From assembly GCA_964626665.1 (NCBI GenBank), contig CAZVGK010000003.1, positions 110,535 through 174,534 on the forward strand: 64,000 bases of DNA. Reading direction: 5' to 3'. Below, in pieces: positions 1 to 9,819 of this stretch. The stretch comes from an uncultured Gemmatimonadota bacterium. Lineage in GTDB: Bacteria > SM23-81 > DAOVCL01. Both the position numbers and the translations under genes were made by a program. Position 1 is the first letter of the stretch. Each line of letters opens with the position of its first letter. The notes beneath the pieces are model-generated. The model was not told the DNA's origin. It saw only the letters and a program-made list of their open reading frames with translations, and made no database searches.

Positions 1-365
1 CCCTGCCAATCCTCTTTCTCTGACCCCATAATCGATGCCCCCACAACCTTATGGGGGAATTCCCTTTTCAAAATTTCTACCCCTTTTTCTATCTCATCGA
101 TATGATGCTCGGAGATTAAGTCAATGTTTCCTAAGCCGACTACCCTCTTCCCCTCAAAGTTTAGGGATGAGATCATTGGATAGACCAGATCAACTGATGT
201 CCCCTCCACAGATGTGGTCTTTAGGATTGCCCCTGCCCAACCGGCCTCGAACCCCTGTCTAACCATATCCAGATCATCAGTGGGGGGAGCCGCAGCTAAG
301 ATGAAAGGGTTCTCGAATTTCACCCCACAGAAATCCACCCCCAGTTCAATACCGTGATACTTCAT
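1..365 (-). CDS. preA: NAD-dependent dihydropyrimidine dehydrogenase subunit PreA, 5' part; runs off the window
   Basis: Not in ORF track. Hand translation from ATG 365: MKYHGIELGVDFCGVKFENPFILAAAPPTDDLDMVRQGFEAGWAGAILKT...LGNIDLISE...VGASIMG; GGGG SD upstream; preT in same cluster. Confidence 0.9.
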   Translation of the reverse strand, partial: MKYHGIELGVDFCGVKFENPFILAAAPPTDDLDMVRQGFEAGWAGAILKTTSVEGTSVDLVYPMISSLNFEGKRVVGLGNIDLISEHHIDEIEKGVEILKREFPHKVVGASIMGSEKEDWQ

Positions 366-387
366 TTCCCCCCTTTTTCCCTAAATA

Positions 388-1295
388 AACCACAGATTTC
401 ATGGAATCTCTGGAACACGAATGAGACGAATAAACGAATCTACACGAATAGATAGATTTACCACGGAAATTCACGGAATTACACGGGAAAAAGGCAATTA
501 AAAATTGAGAATTAAGAATGAAATTTATGCTGGCTATCCCTGATCCCCGGAAACTGACTCTTGATCCCTGTTTTTCTGTGCATAGTCCGTGGTTATCCGT
601 GGTGAAGTCCTTGTGCAGGGCTCCGCCCTGACAGGGAACCTTTTTCTCTGACAGGATGACAGGATAAAAAGCAGTTGTCAGTGATCAGGGCCAGGAACTG
701 ATCCCCGTCCGCTGAAACCAGTCTCCTCTCCCTTGACGGGGAAGGGCTAAGGAGAGGGTGAAATAGTTTTCCCCCCTCACCCTAACCCTCTCCCCCCAGA
801 GGAGAGGGAACCGTAAAAGGCAGGAGTCAGTTGTCAGTAGTCAGTTATCGGGAACAACTCCCAAACCCATGTGCTGTCAGGGCTCTGCCCTGACAGGGAG
901 ATCCCTTTGTGGATGATAACATCCACAAAGAGCGCTGGGATTCTGTCTAAGTCTTCTCTGACAGGATAACAGGATAAACGGGATTAAGTGAACCTCCCTG
1001 CTCCAGGCTGGGCATCCCAAAACAGTCTCCTCCCCCTTTACGGGGGAGGACTAAGGAGAGGGTGTAAAAAGTAATCCGTTACCTCCCTCACCCTAATCTT
1101 CTCCGCTCAATTTCAGTAATATTTATCCAGTCAATCATGTAAATCCTGTCTAAATTCCTGTGCTGTCAGGGCTCTGCCCTGACAGGGGGAGTCCTTTTGT
1201 GGATGATAACATCCACAAAGAGCACTGGGTTCTTCGTAAAGAAAACCTTCTTTTCTTGGCTTCATAACACAGATTTTGATAATCCGTGAAATCAG
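388..1295. repeat. Composite intergenic repeat mosaic
   Basis: CCACGGA..CACGGA / TCCGTGG..TCCGTGG brackets, AATTGAG/AATTAAG 7-mers, CTCACCCTAACCCTCTCC hairpins, GTCAGGGC..GCCCTGAC and TTTGTGGATGATAACATCCACAAA palindromes; same modules recur at 7428, 9340, 14317, 17754, 35545, 47018, 49720-50000. Confidence 0.9.
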
Positions 1296-1314
1296 TGGAA
1301 TCCGTGGCTCCATC

Positions 1315-4300
1315 CTATTTTATCACCACTAGCTTTTTGACGGCAGTGAAATTACCTGCCTCGAGTCGATATAGATAAACCCCGCTGGCCAATCCTCTGG
1401 CATCCCAACGGACTGACCTGTATCCGACCCCCTGATACTCATCTACCAATGTCGCCACCTTCTGCCCCAGCAGGTTGTAAATCTCCAGCCTAACCTGAGC
1501 ATCCCTGGGCAGAGCATACTTGATCTCCGTAGTGGGATTGAAGGGGTTGGGGTAGTTTTGGGAAAGGGCAAAAGCTTGTGGAATACCAAATACTCCCCTC
1601 TCCCTTACCCCCTCTTTCCCTACCACAAACCACCAGGGGGAAACATCGCTGTTTGATCCCCAGGTAGTCAGGCTATCCGTGTCCATAGCTACCACCTTCC
1701 AATAGTATCTGGTGTTGTCATCTAAGGGAATGCCCGGTGGAATTGTAAAGTGAGTATCGGCAGGAGAAATAACCCTTACTCCCTGGGAGAAGGTGCTATC
1801 CGGGCTAAGGTAAATCGTATAGGTGACATAGTCCCATAGGTCATTATCCGTGGCCTTATGCCAGAGGAAGGTGGGAGTTGTGGAGACGGAATCTATGCCC
1901 AGTTCTGGCTCTATGAGGGAAAAGGGATTGGGAGGCTCCAAGGCTACATTGGTGAAGAATTTCCAGGTATCCGTAGATGTGGTTAAGCTCTCCTTATCTA
2001 CGGCTACTACCTTCCAGAAGTATTGAGAGTTGTCGGATAACTCCTCTGTAGGGATATAGCAGTTGCTGTTCACAACCGTGGGGGTAGCCCCGCTGAAGTT
2101 GCTGTCCTGGCCAACCCAGAGGAGATAGTGAATAGAGTCGGCAATATCGTTGTCTGTGGCATTCTCCCAGTAGAAGATAGGGGTGAGGTCAACCTCCACG
2201 CTGTTCTGGGTAGGGGTGACCAGGTTGAAGCTGTTGGGGTCTTCGTTGGCCGTATTAGTGATAAAGGCCTGATAGCCCTCTTCATCCTCCACCGTAGCAC
2301 CAGCTAAGTCCTGAGCCACTACCTTCCAGTAGTAGAGCTGATTGTCCTCCAAGGGGGTCTTGATCTGATAGACGCTCTCTCCTCCCACCTCAACTTGCAC
2401 CTGAGAGGGGACGTCCTTTCCATAGAAGAGGGTATAGGTAACCACATCTCCAGGATCGGGGTCTATGGAGGTCTCCCAATCCAGTATGGGCTTTAGGGTG
2501 GTCACCTCACCTCCATCGGCGGGGGTTAGAAGATGGAAGCTACCTGGCGGATTGTTTTCAGAGTTGATAATAAAGGAGCTTGAGGCCATCCATTCCCCAT
2601 TTTCAAAACCATCATAAGCACTTGCCCTCCACCAGTATTGGTGATTATCCTCCAAAGGGACATCAATCAGCCAAATTGTGGAATCTATCCCCTCTTCTAC
2701 TCCAGTGGCCGATGTGACCAGGTTGCTCAATAGGCTATCGCTGTAAACCTCAAAGCCATAGATAAGACTATCGCCTTCGGCATCTGTGCAATTGGAAATG
2801 ATCAAAGTCACTATGCTATCGCTGATTACCTCTCCTTCTTTAGGGCTTAAACCCAGGGGGATGGTGGGAAGACTATTCATCCTGAAGGAAAGGCTGGCCC
2901 AACTTGCCCATAAATCATCAGTATTCTTCACCCTGGCTCTCAAATAGTAGGTTTCCACATCAATCAAGGAATCCCCAGCATAGGTTACAAAGGTGTCCGC
3001 ACTGCTCACCTCTCCGCTATCCCACATCTCGGCCACCGACCAGTCATCATCAGTTCCCACCTGAACCTGAAAGCCATCTTGAGGCAAGCTTTGCAGATCA
3101 GAATATGACCAGGTGATAAGTGGCTGATGACTAACCAGATGCTCTATATCTTCCGATCCCCCAATATCCAGATTGGAAATGAAGGGATGCGGATTTTCCC
3201 CTACGAGAACGGTAGTAAACTTGGTAGAATCCACATCGGAAGTAATGGTAATCGTCTCCCCAACCGTAGCCCCAATAGATACCCCTTCCACACTCACGGT
3301 ATCTATCAAAGCAGTTCCTCTGAATATGCCAGAGACTGAATCAGTTTCCGTAAGAGCAACACTAATATATTGGGTAGTGAAGTTACTGGTTATAGCAACT
3401 GTAGTCTGATCGACGCAGATGGAATCGCTGTCTTGACCTTCAAGCTGGATATACATCGTCGCCCCAATCCACAAATTGGTGGTTAAGTTGCTGGTATAGG
3501 TTTCATCCGACTTCAACACAACCGAATACACTGAGTCCGGCTCACCAAGAGCTGGAGAGGTAAGAATGGGGCTATACAGGACTTTCCCCAAGGTTATGTC
3601 ATCGTAATAATCCCAAATCCTGGCGTCGATCGAATCCGTATTAGTTGTCCCCCACCAATTGTTGCTGGCATCAATATCAGTATCTTGATCGTATCCAAGC
3701 TTTACCTCATATTTGCCATTAGTGATCAAATTGTTCTGGTTTATATGAGCGTCTGAATTTTGGTCACAGTAAATTCCCCCCCACTCAGGAGAGGCAAAAT
3801 TCCCAGCTATGAGGTTATTACTAAGGGTCAGAGAGCACCACTTACAAGAAATTGCAACCCCTAAGTTCGCAGTTATAGTATTGTTCGTAATAGACAAAGT
3901 TGAGTGGGAGCAACCGAGGGCAACCCCTGAATTTCCAGTTATGATATTCTCGAGAATAGCTAAAGGGGCATATGAACATTGAATGCCGCCACCACGATTT
4001 TTGCTTATAGTGTTGCCTGTAATAGGTGATGCTCCATGATAGTAATAGACACCACCACCAGAGTAAGCAGAGTTCCCGGTTATTATGTTGCCCGTGATAG
4101 ACGGGGAGGAATACTCACAATACACGCCACCACCTTTACCATCACTTGAGGCAAAGTTTCCCGTTATTGTATTGTCAACGATATTGGGGGACGATTCGAA
4201 ATAGCAAGAGATGCCACCACCATTGCCATGATAGGAAGTTTCAGTTATCGTATTTCTATCTATGATGTTCTCAGTGATAATTGGTGACGAATGGTCTTCG

Positions 4301-4974
4301 CATTCAATACCAGCCCCACCCATTTTGGCGAGATTTCCTTCTATAGTGTTACTGGAGATAATCGGAGAAGAATACTGATAACAGCGGATACCACCGCCAT
4401 AAGCGTAAGTGAGGTTCAAATTATTGTGCTGAATGTAATTTCCTATAATAATGGGGGACGAATTGTGACAGTTAACGGCGGGGCCAGAACTTTCGGTTAT
4501 ACTACTATGGATTATAAGCGGAGAGGTGTAATCGCAATAGACAGCTCCATCGCCGCCGCCATATTCAATTCTGGAGTATTCAATAATACATCCACTTACA
4601 TAGTTGCCCAGTGAATCCAAAACGGCATCAACGCTGGTATCAACAAACTTCATACTTCCCCAATCCCCTGGCGCTGGTGTGGCATTGTTAGAAGTAAACA
4701 GAATGCTATCCGTTACTGTCCCCCTGGCTATCAATTCACCGCCAATGTTTAGAGATAGGCTATCGTTGAATTTCACCGTTACCCCAGGCTCAATGGTTAG
4801 GGTTGCTCTTTCAGCCACCTCCACTGTTCCCACCACAATATATGGACTACCAGCCACCGTCCAGATTGTATTAGAGTTGATACCACCGCTAACCTCCGTA
4901 TCGGCAATGGCCAATTGGACTCCAAAGCTGAGCAAAAACACCATTGCCACCAAACTTACTTCAATCTTTCTCAT
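1315..4974 (-). CDS. Large secreted protein: right-handed parallel beta-helix, Ig/FN3-like repeats, T9SS-type A/FlgD-like C-terminal domain
   Basis: Start moved to MRKIEV (SD AAGGAGAGG); signal peptide; GGGIxC...SPxIxxNxI repeats; YYWKVVAxD repeats; SQNYPNPFNP...ASGVYLYRL tail. Confidence 0.85.
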   Translation of the reverse strand: MRKIEVSLVAMVFLLSFGVQLAIADTEVSGGINSNTIWTVAGSPYIVVGTVEVAERATLTIEPGVTVKFNDSLSLNIGGELIARGTVTDSILFTSNNATPAPGDWGSMKFVDTSVDAVLDSLGNYVSGCIIEYSRIEYGGGDGAVYCDYTSPLIIHSSITESSGPAVNCHNSSPIIIGNYIQHNNLNLTYAYGGGIRCYQYSSPIISSNTIEGNLAKMGGAGIECEDHSSPIITENIIDRNTITETSYHGNGGGISCYFESSPNIVDNTITGNFASSDGKGGGVYCEYSSPSITGNIITGNSAYSGGGVYYYHGASPITGNTISKNRGGGIQCSYAPLAILENIITGNSGVALGCSHSTLSITNNTITANLGVAISCKWCSLTLSNNLIAGNFASPEWGGIYCDQNSDAHINQNNLITNGKYEVKLGYDQDTDIDASNNWWGTTNTDSIDARIWDYYDDITLGKVLYSPILTSPALGEPDSVYSVVLKSDETYTSNLTTNLWIGATMYIQLEGQDSDSICVDQTTVAITSNFTTQYISVALTETDSVSGIFRGTALIDTVSVEGVSIGATVGETITITSDVDSTKFTTVLVGENPHPFISNLDIGGSEDIEHLVSHQPLITWSYSDLQSLPQDGFQVQVGTDDDWSVAEMWDSGEVSSADTFVTYAGDSLIDVETYYLRARVKNTDDLWASWASLSFRMNSLPTIPLGLSPKEGEVISDSIVTLIISNCTDAEGDSLIYGFEVYSDSLLSNLVTSATGVEEGIDSTIWLIDVPLEDNHQYWWRASAYDGFENGEWMASSSFIINSENNPPGSFHLLTPADGGEVTTLKPILDWETSIDPDPGDVVTYTLFYGKDVPSQVQVEVGGESVYQIKTPLEDNQLYYWKVVAQDLAGATVEDEEGYQAFITNTANEDPNSFNLVTPTQNSVEVDLTPIFYWENATDNDIADSIHYLLWVGQDSNFSGATPTVVNSNCYIPTEELSDNSQYFWKVVAVDKESLTTSTDTWKFFTNVALEPPNPFSLIEPELGIDSVSTTPTFLWHKATDNDLWDYVTYTIYLSPDSTFSQGVRVISPADTHFTIPPGIPLDDNTRYYWKVVAMDTDSLTTWGSNSDVSPWWFVVGKEGVRERGVFGIPQAFALSQNYPNPFNPTTEIKYALPRDAQVRLEIYNLLGQKVATLVDEYQGVGYRSVRWDARGLASGVYLYRLEAGNFTAVKKLVVIK

Positions 4975-5074
4975 CTTACTCCTCTCCTTTCTTGGTTTTT
5001 CAGGGATTCTGCATTTTATTTGTCTTCTACTTGCTCCTATATTTCTAACTTTTAACAGCAAGCCGATGTGGTTT

Positions 5075-5899
5075 TCATATAACGAAAAAACTCGCCTGTG
5101 TTGCGATATCTTTGATTAATGTCTTGGCTTTCACTCTACGATGGGTAACAATAAATTCAAACATTTCAAAAAGGTCCTCTGTTATCTGTATAAGTCTTTC
5201 ATTCGATGCGTAATTATGAGGTTGTCCATGTTTAAAAAGGTATGTTCGCCCTCGGCAGGTCACTTTAAGATCCGATTCGTCTCTGGCAAAGTATACTCCA
5301 TTATTATGTATGCAATTTCTAATAGCTGATAACATTTTAAGAGCTTCCCGAAAAATATGAGGATCAGGTAAGCTTAAATGCTGAAAAAGACTTAGCCAGA
5401 CTCTGCTGAACTCCTTATTCGCTTTATTACCAGGATCAATTGCTCTTAATATCGAACGCATTGCAGACTCTACTACGCTGGAAAGCGAGAAGATAAATCC
5501 GCTCCGTATATACACTTCGAATTGTTTCCCTACTATACAAGCGTCTGATTTAGAAGCGGGAGACATAATTTTTTGTACCCAATTTATGTCTAATGCATAA
5601 TGAGCAGCATAATACAGTGCAAGATCACACGATCTTATGAGATTACAGAGCGCCCAAAATAAACGAATCCGGATATCCTGATTAGCATCCCAGGAATAGT
5701 TTTGTAGAAGTCTCTTGCTTTGATTTTCGATGGTGACCCGTAAAGCCTCAAAATCTTTCATGCATTTAAGAAGGTTTGTCGGCGTTGGCATGATCACAAC
5801 GGTATTTCGGCTCCCTAATCCAGATATTGACGGGAAATTTGAGGAGGAACTTCTATTTTCATCTCCCTCTGTACCGGTTTTGAAATTGTCATTTCTCAT
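5075..5899 (-). CDS. Hypothetical protein with HEPN-like motif (IRNCIHNNG)
   Basis: 274-aa AT-rich ORF starting 1 nt after the upstream stop; S..ES and R..H motifs resemble HEPN domains; true start may be further downstream. Confidence 0.6.
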   Translation of the reverse strand: MRNDNFKTGTEGDENRSSSSNFPSISGLGSRNTVVIMPTPTNLLKCMKDFEALRVTIENQSKRLLQNYSWDANQDIRIRLFWALCNLIRSCDLALYYAAHYALDINWVQKIMSPASKSDACIVGKQFEVYIRSGFIFSLSSVVESAMRSILRAIDPGNKANKEFSRVWLSLFQHLSLPDPHIFREALKMLSAIRNCIHNNGVYFARDESDLKVTCRGRTYLFKHGQPHNYASNERLIQITEDLFEMFEFIVTHRRVKAKTLIKDIATQASFFVI

Positions 5900-5900
5900 T

Positions 5901-6722
5901 TTACTTTTCCACTCCCAAAATTATTGGGTTAGAATAGTCTATTTCAATAGCTAAGCTTCGTAAGTATTCAATTAGCATACCTCGCTTACCTTCAGATCTT
6001 AGCCTGTCTTTAAAACTTTGATCGCTATGTCCTAAGATGATTTCTAAATAATCAATTAGAGTGGCATAGAAAACCAAAAAAGCAATATCATATTGTGATC
6101 TGTCCGCTTTCTTGAGAGAATAATATATATGCTCTGGAGACTTTCGTAGTAGTCTACTGCTTGAACCACTTTCAATTCCGAAGATAATGCTAAATTGCTT
6201 ATTTCCGATACAATGGATGCCATCTAAGGCATATCCATTCTTTTCTGGTGGACATTGACGGATATACTTTTGCACAGTTTTTTCCAAAACTGAGCCGAAA
6301 CAAAATAAATCACATTTACAAAGATTAGCTGGAGGAGAACTCGATGTATTGCCCACCATTTCTTTTATAGTTTTCATGCTATCGAGTGTCGAAAAAAATT
6401 CCTTTTTATTGAGCTTAGTTTTGACTTCAATTGCATATATTGCTGATTCTGGCCTAACAACAACAATGTCACCAAATTGAAACAGAGGAGCATAGCGAGA
6501 TGCCTCATGAATGAGAATATCTATTTGAGGACTGACTGTATTTTTGTCAACATAAACAAACCCAGACGATACTGCGAAATGAGTAGGAACATAGTCTCTT
6601 AGAAAGTTACTAAGAAGCCTTTCTGCCCAAAGTCCTTTCGTGCCAGGATGTGTGATGAAGCTTTTAATCTGGTTTAACTGACTATTGAAGCTTTTGTCTA
6701 CTTCTGCAAAATAGTCTTTCAT
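5901..6722 (-). CDS. DUF6602-like protein (PD-(D/E)XK-like N-terminal domain)
   Basis: G...E..L..FL...VP..F.VSSGFV...SPQIDILI...ESAIYAIEVKT pattern; AT-rich. Confidence 0.75.
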   Translation of the reverse strand: MKDYFAEVDKSFNSQLNQIKSFITHPGTKGLWAERLLSNFLRDYVPTHFAVSSGFVYVDKNTVSPQIDILIHEASRYAPLFQFGDIVVVRPESAIYAIEVKTKLNKKEFFSTLDSMKTIKEMVGNTSSSPPANLCKCDLFCFGSVLEKTVQKYIRQCPPEKNGYALDGIHCIGNKQFSIIFGIESGSSSRLLRKSPEHIYYSLKKADRSQYDIAFLVFYATLIDYLEIILGHSDQSFKDRLRSEGKRGMLIEYLRSLAIEIDYSNPIILGVEK

Positions 6723-6991
6723 CTCTTACTTGTGTTAATGTTTGATGCCATAGCGCTGGTAGACAGATAGTGCTATTGCTTGAGAACTTACCAGATAACA
6801 AAATATACTGTAAGACCCGCTCCAATTACACACTACTTCTCTTCTCGGTATGGCTTTTGAGCGGGCGATATGGGGTCATATCTTTATTCTTGACTTTCCA
6901 AATTCTAATTACCAACTTAATTCCCTTTGTCAGTTGCCGGGTAATGCCTTTTAAACAGGGCTTTAGCCCTGTCCCTGCAATTCATTGACTA

Positions 6992-7190
6992 TGTGAAGAG
7001 ATCTCCTGACCTCGACTTCCATCGGCATCGGAAGATGCCTCCTACACTCTTCTACCCGGCTTTAGCCGGGGTTGAGAGGGCTTTAGCCCGTTTGGAGTGC
7101 TGTGATTCCTGTCACAGCTTCCGTCAGCAGGAGTTGACGCACTCCATAGAGGGCCTAAAGACCCTTAACCCGCACTGAAGTGCGGTAGAA
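6992..7190 (+). repeat. REP-like doublet plus TTCTACC..GGTAGAA palindromic element with nested TGGAGTGC..GCACTCCA module
   Basis: Inverted homolog at 24308-24492; core copies at 9602, 34228, 37197, 61571. Confidence 0.9.
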
Positions 7191-7249
7191 GTCTTCTACT
7201 CAAGGAAACCTGAAAAGGTTTGAAAAAAAAGACCTTGCAAAATTGTAGG

Positions 7250-8040
7250 CCAGAGATCAGTTTACAGGGATCGAAGGTCAGGAGAAATCCGTTACACCTA
7301 TCAACCGACACCTGACGAATGACTGACTACTGATCCCTGACCCCTGTGAACCGTTAGCTTAATTCAAAAATACCATGAAAAAAGGCCCTGTCAAGGGGAA
7401 ACTTCCCCCCTGCTACAGGGTCTTTCTGTGTTGTCAGGGCTTTGCCCTGACAGAGGAAGTCTTCTCGTGGATGATAACATCCACAAAGAGCACTGGGGTT
7501 GTTTTTCGACAGGATAACAGGATTTACAGGATTTTAGTTTTATCCCGATCATTCTGTCAATCCCGTCTAATAAAAGGGAATTCTCCCTGCTTCTCAGTGC
7601 CGTCATGGCAGGACTCCTGAGGGATGGAAAATAGAAATTCCTGAGCCGTCAGATGCCCTCATCTGACGGGGTTTTAGTAGCAGGAGAGGGATTTTGCCAC
7701 CCCATGTTAGCGGCACATTTGAATTGGGGGACCTGTCTGCGTGCCTGCCTGAGCGAGAACGCTCGCAGTCAGGCCTGCCTGTACCAGTCTGCCTGTGCGT
7801 CGCACGCAGACAGGCACGGCAGACAGACACCGCACAAGCAGGGAGGTCTCCAGACCTTTCAAGAGCTGTCAGGAGGTAACTCCTGACAGCACGCTTTTAG
7901 TGCCCTTCCCTGACGGCGAGAGGGGAGGGTGGCAGAATCGGGGTTCTGCCACATCGGGCTTAATTTATCCTGTCAATCCAGTAAATCCTGTCCGAAAAGC
8001 AGTTGTCAGTAGTCAGTTATCGGGAACGACTCCCGACCCC
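7250..8040. repeat. Composite intergenic repeat mosaic incl. nested CCTGYCTG..CAGNCAGG hairpins
   Basis: Palindromes GTCAGATGCCCTCATCTGAC, GTGGCAGAA..TTCTGCCAC, GTCAGGAGGTAACTCCTGAC and ACAGGAT/ATCCTGT tandem brackets, all found elsewhere in the window. Confidence 0.9.
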
Positions 8041-9326
8041 TGCAAATAGGTAGCTATTGCCTGGGCGGCCTTTTTGCCTTCGGCCACCGATTGGACAACG
8101 GTTCTCCCCTTTTTTGACACGATTATATCCCCCCCAGCAAAGACTCCTTCCCTTGAGGTCATCATATCCTCATTTACCACCAAGTATCCTTTAGCTGTCT
8201 TTAATCCCTTAAACAGCGGACTCTCCTCCGGTGCCTGACCCACTGCTTCAATTATTGTATCTCCGATTAAAGTTAAACTGCTCCCCTTGATTTTAACTGC
8301 ATTCTCCGGAACAAACCTTCCCGGAATTCTCCAATCGATTTTAATTGCCTCCAGCCCTTTAACCCTTCCATTATTGCCCATAATTCTTAAGGGCATAAAC
8401 CTGGGATGGATATTTACTCCCTCATTCTCCGCCTGGCTTATCTCCTCCCTGAAGGCCGGCAGTTCATCTGGCCCTTCCAGACAGACCAGGTCCACATGTT
8501 TGACCCCTACCCTTAATGCGGAGCAGGCACAATCAATTGCCACACTCCCGCCACCGATCACAATTGCCCTTTCACCCACCCTTACCCTCTGAGGATCCTC
8601 ATTGACCTCTCTCAGGAATTCTATTGCAGACAGAACCCACTTTAGCTCCTCACCTGGAATCCGACAGAACAACGGTTTCCCCAATCCCACGCCAATAAAT
8701 ATGGCCTTAAACCCCGAACTGAATAGATTATCCAGGCTACCAATCGCTCTATTTCCTTTAACTTTCAGTCCCAATTTTTTGACATAGTCGATTTCTTGCT
8801 TGACCATCCTCTTAGAGAGTCGATAGGAGGGGATTCCATAGGTGAGAACTCCACCTAACTTGTCCCTTTTCTCAAAGATCGTCACCTCAAATCCTTGAAC
8901 TGCCAGTTCGGCGGCACAGGAGAGACCGGCCGGTCCCGCACCGATTACGGCCACGTTCACCCTGTTTTTCTTGATCTGAGGAAACGATTTAAACTTCGCT
9001 GTATATTCCCTCTCTGCCGCGAATCTTTGCAAGTCCCCAATCCTAATTGGGGTAGAAAGCTTCGTGGATGAGCATTCCTTCTCGCACAAAGCCTCTACAG
9101 GGCAGACAGTTCCGCAGACCCCGGCCAAGATGTTCTTCTCCTTGATCAGGTTTATGGCTCGCCGGTAATTTTCAAATCTGATTGCCCTGATGAACTTCTT
9201 TACATCAATACCTGCTGGACAACCTCGGTTACAAGGGGCATCCTCGCATAGTAAACACCGAGATGCCTCCAGCACGGCCTGAGCCTCGGTCATCGGCTCT
9301 TTCGTTTCCTTAAAGCTTAACTTCAT
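8013..9326 (-). CDS. preT: Dihydropyrimidine dehydrogenase subunit PreT (GltD-like FAD/Fe-S oxidoreductase)
   Basis: EASRCLLCEDAPCNRGCP, CGTVCP..LCEKEC, GAGPAG, GGGSVA, VFAGGD motifs; preA downstream. Confidence 0.85.
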   Translation of the reverse strand: MKLSFKETKEPMTEAQAVLEASRCLLCEDAPCNRGCPAGIDVKKFIRAIRFENYRRAINLIKEKNILAGVCGTVCPVEALCEKECSSTKLSTPIRIGDLQRFAAEREYTAKFKSFPQIKKNRVNVAVIGAGPAGLSCAAELAVQGFEVTIFEKRDKLGGVLTYGIPSYRLSKRMVKQEIDYVKKLGLKVKGNRAIGSLDNLFSSGFKAIFIGVGLGKPLFCRIPGEELKWVLSAIEFLREVNEDPQRVRVGERAIVIGGGSVAIDCACSALRVGVKHVDLVCLEGPDELPAFREEISQAENEGVNIHPRFMPLRIMGNNGRVKGLEAIKIDWRIPGRFVPENAVKIKGSSLTLIGDTIIEAVGQAPEESPLFKGLKTAKGYLVVNEDMMTSREGVFAGGDIIVSKKGRTVVQSVAEGKKAAQAIATYLQGSGVVPDN

Positions 9327-9339
9327 AATTATCTCAAAT

Positions 9340-9815
9340 TACCACGGAATTTCACGGAGAAAAGCAATTATGAATTGAGAATGAAGAATGAAGAATGAAG
9401 CTTATGCTGTTATTCCTGATCCCCGTAGTTTGATCCCTAACCTCTGTTTTTTCGTGGTAATCCGTGGTGATCAGTGGTAAAATATCAGCTACAGATTACA
9501 CGGAAAAATGCAATTAAGAATTGAGAATTAAGAATGAGGCTTATGCTGATCAGCGAGGTGGCAGAATCCCGATTCTGCCACCCTCCCATTGTTTTCTGAT
9601 TTTCTACCCGGTTTTAGCCGGGGGTTCTTAGGGCTTAAGCCCTTTCAACGCACTTGGATAGAAAGGCCCCAACCCTGCACTAAAGTGCGGTAGAAACCTT
9701 CCACCCAGCTTTAGCTGAGCTATCAAATCCTCGATCTGACAGCAGATATCCTGATCCCTGTAAACTGTTACCTCTATTTTGACATTCATCCTGTCAATCC
9801 AGTTAATCCTGTCTA
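9340..9815. repeat. Composite intergenic repeats (empty CCACGG..CCGTGG bracket, TTCTACC element, GTGGCAGAA palindrome)
   Basis: Direct similarity to 388-605, 14317-14540 and 61571-61672. Confidence 0.9.
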
Positions 9816-9819
9816 ATAA

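Noticed and set aside
35-262. Plus-strand 75-aa ORF
   Set aside because: Antisense to preA
388-1295. Possible CRISPR array from recurring ~25-nt palindromes
   Set aside because: Irregular spacing, spacers are themselves repeats, no cas genes
6770-8049. Short ORFs in the track across this spacer, and similar ones at 24419, 37348-37883, 49670-50189, 54189-54499
   Set aside because: They translate palindromic repeat DNA and have no recognisable motifs
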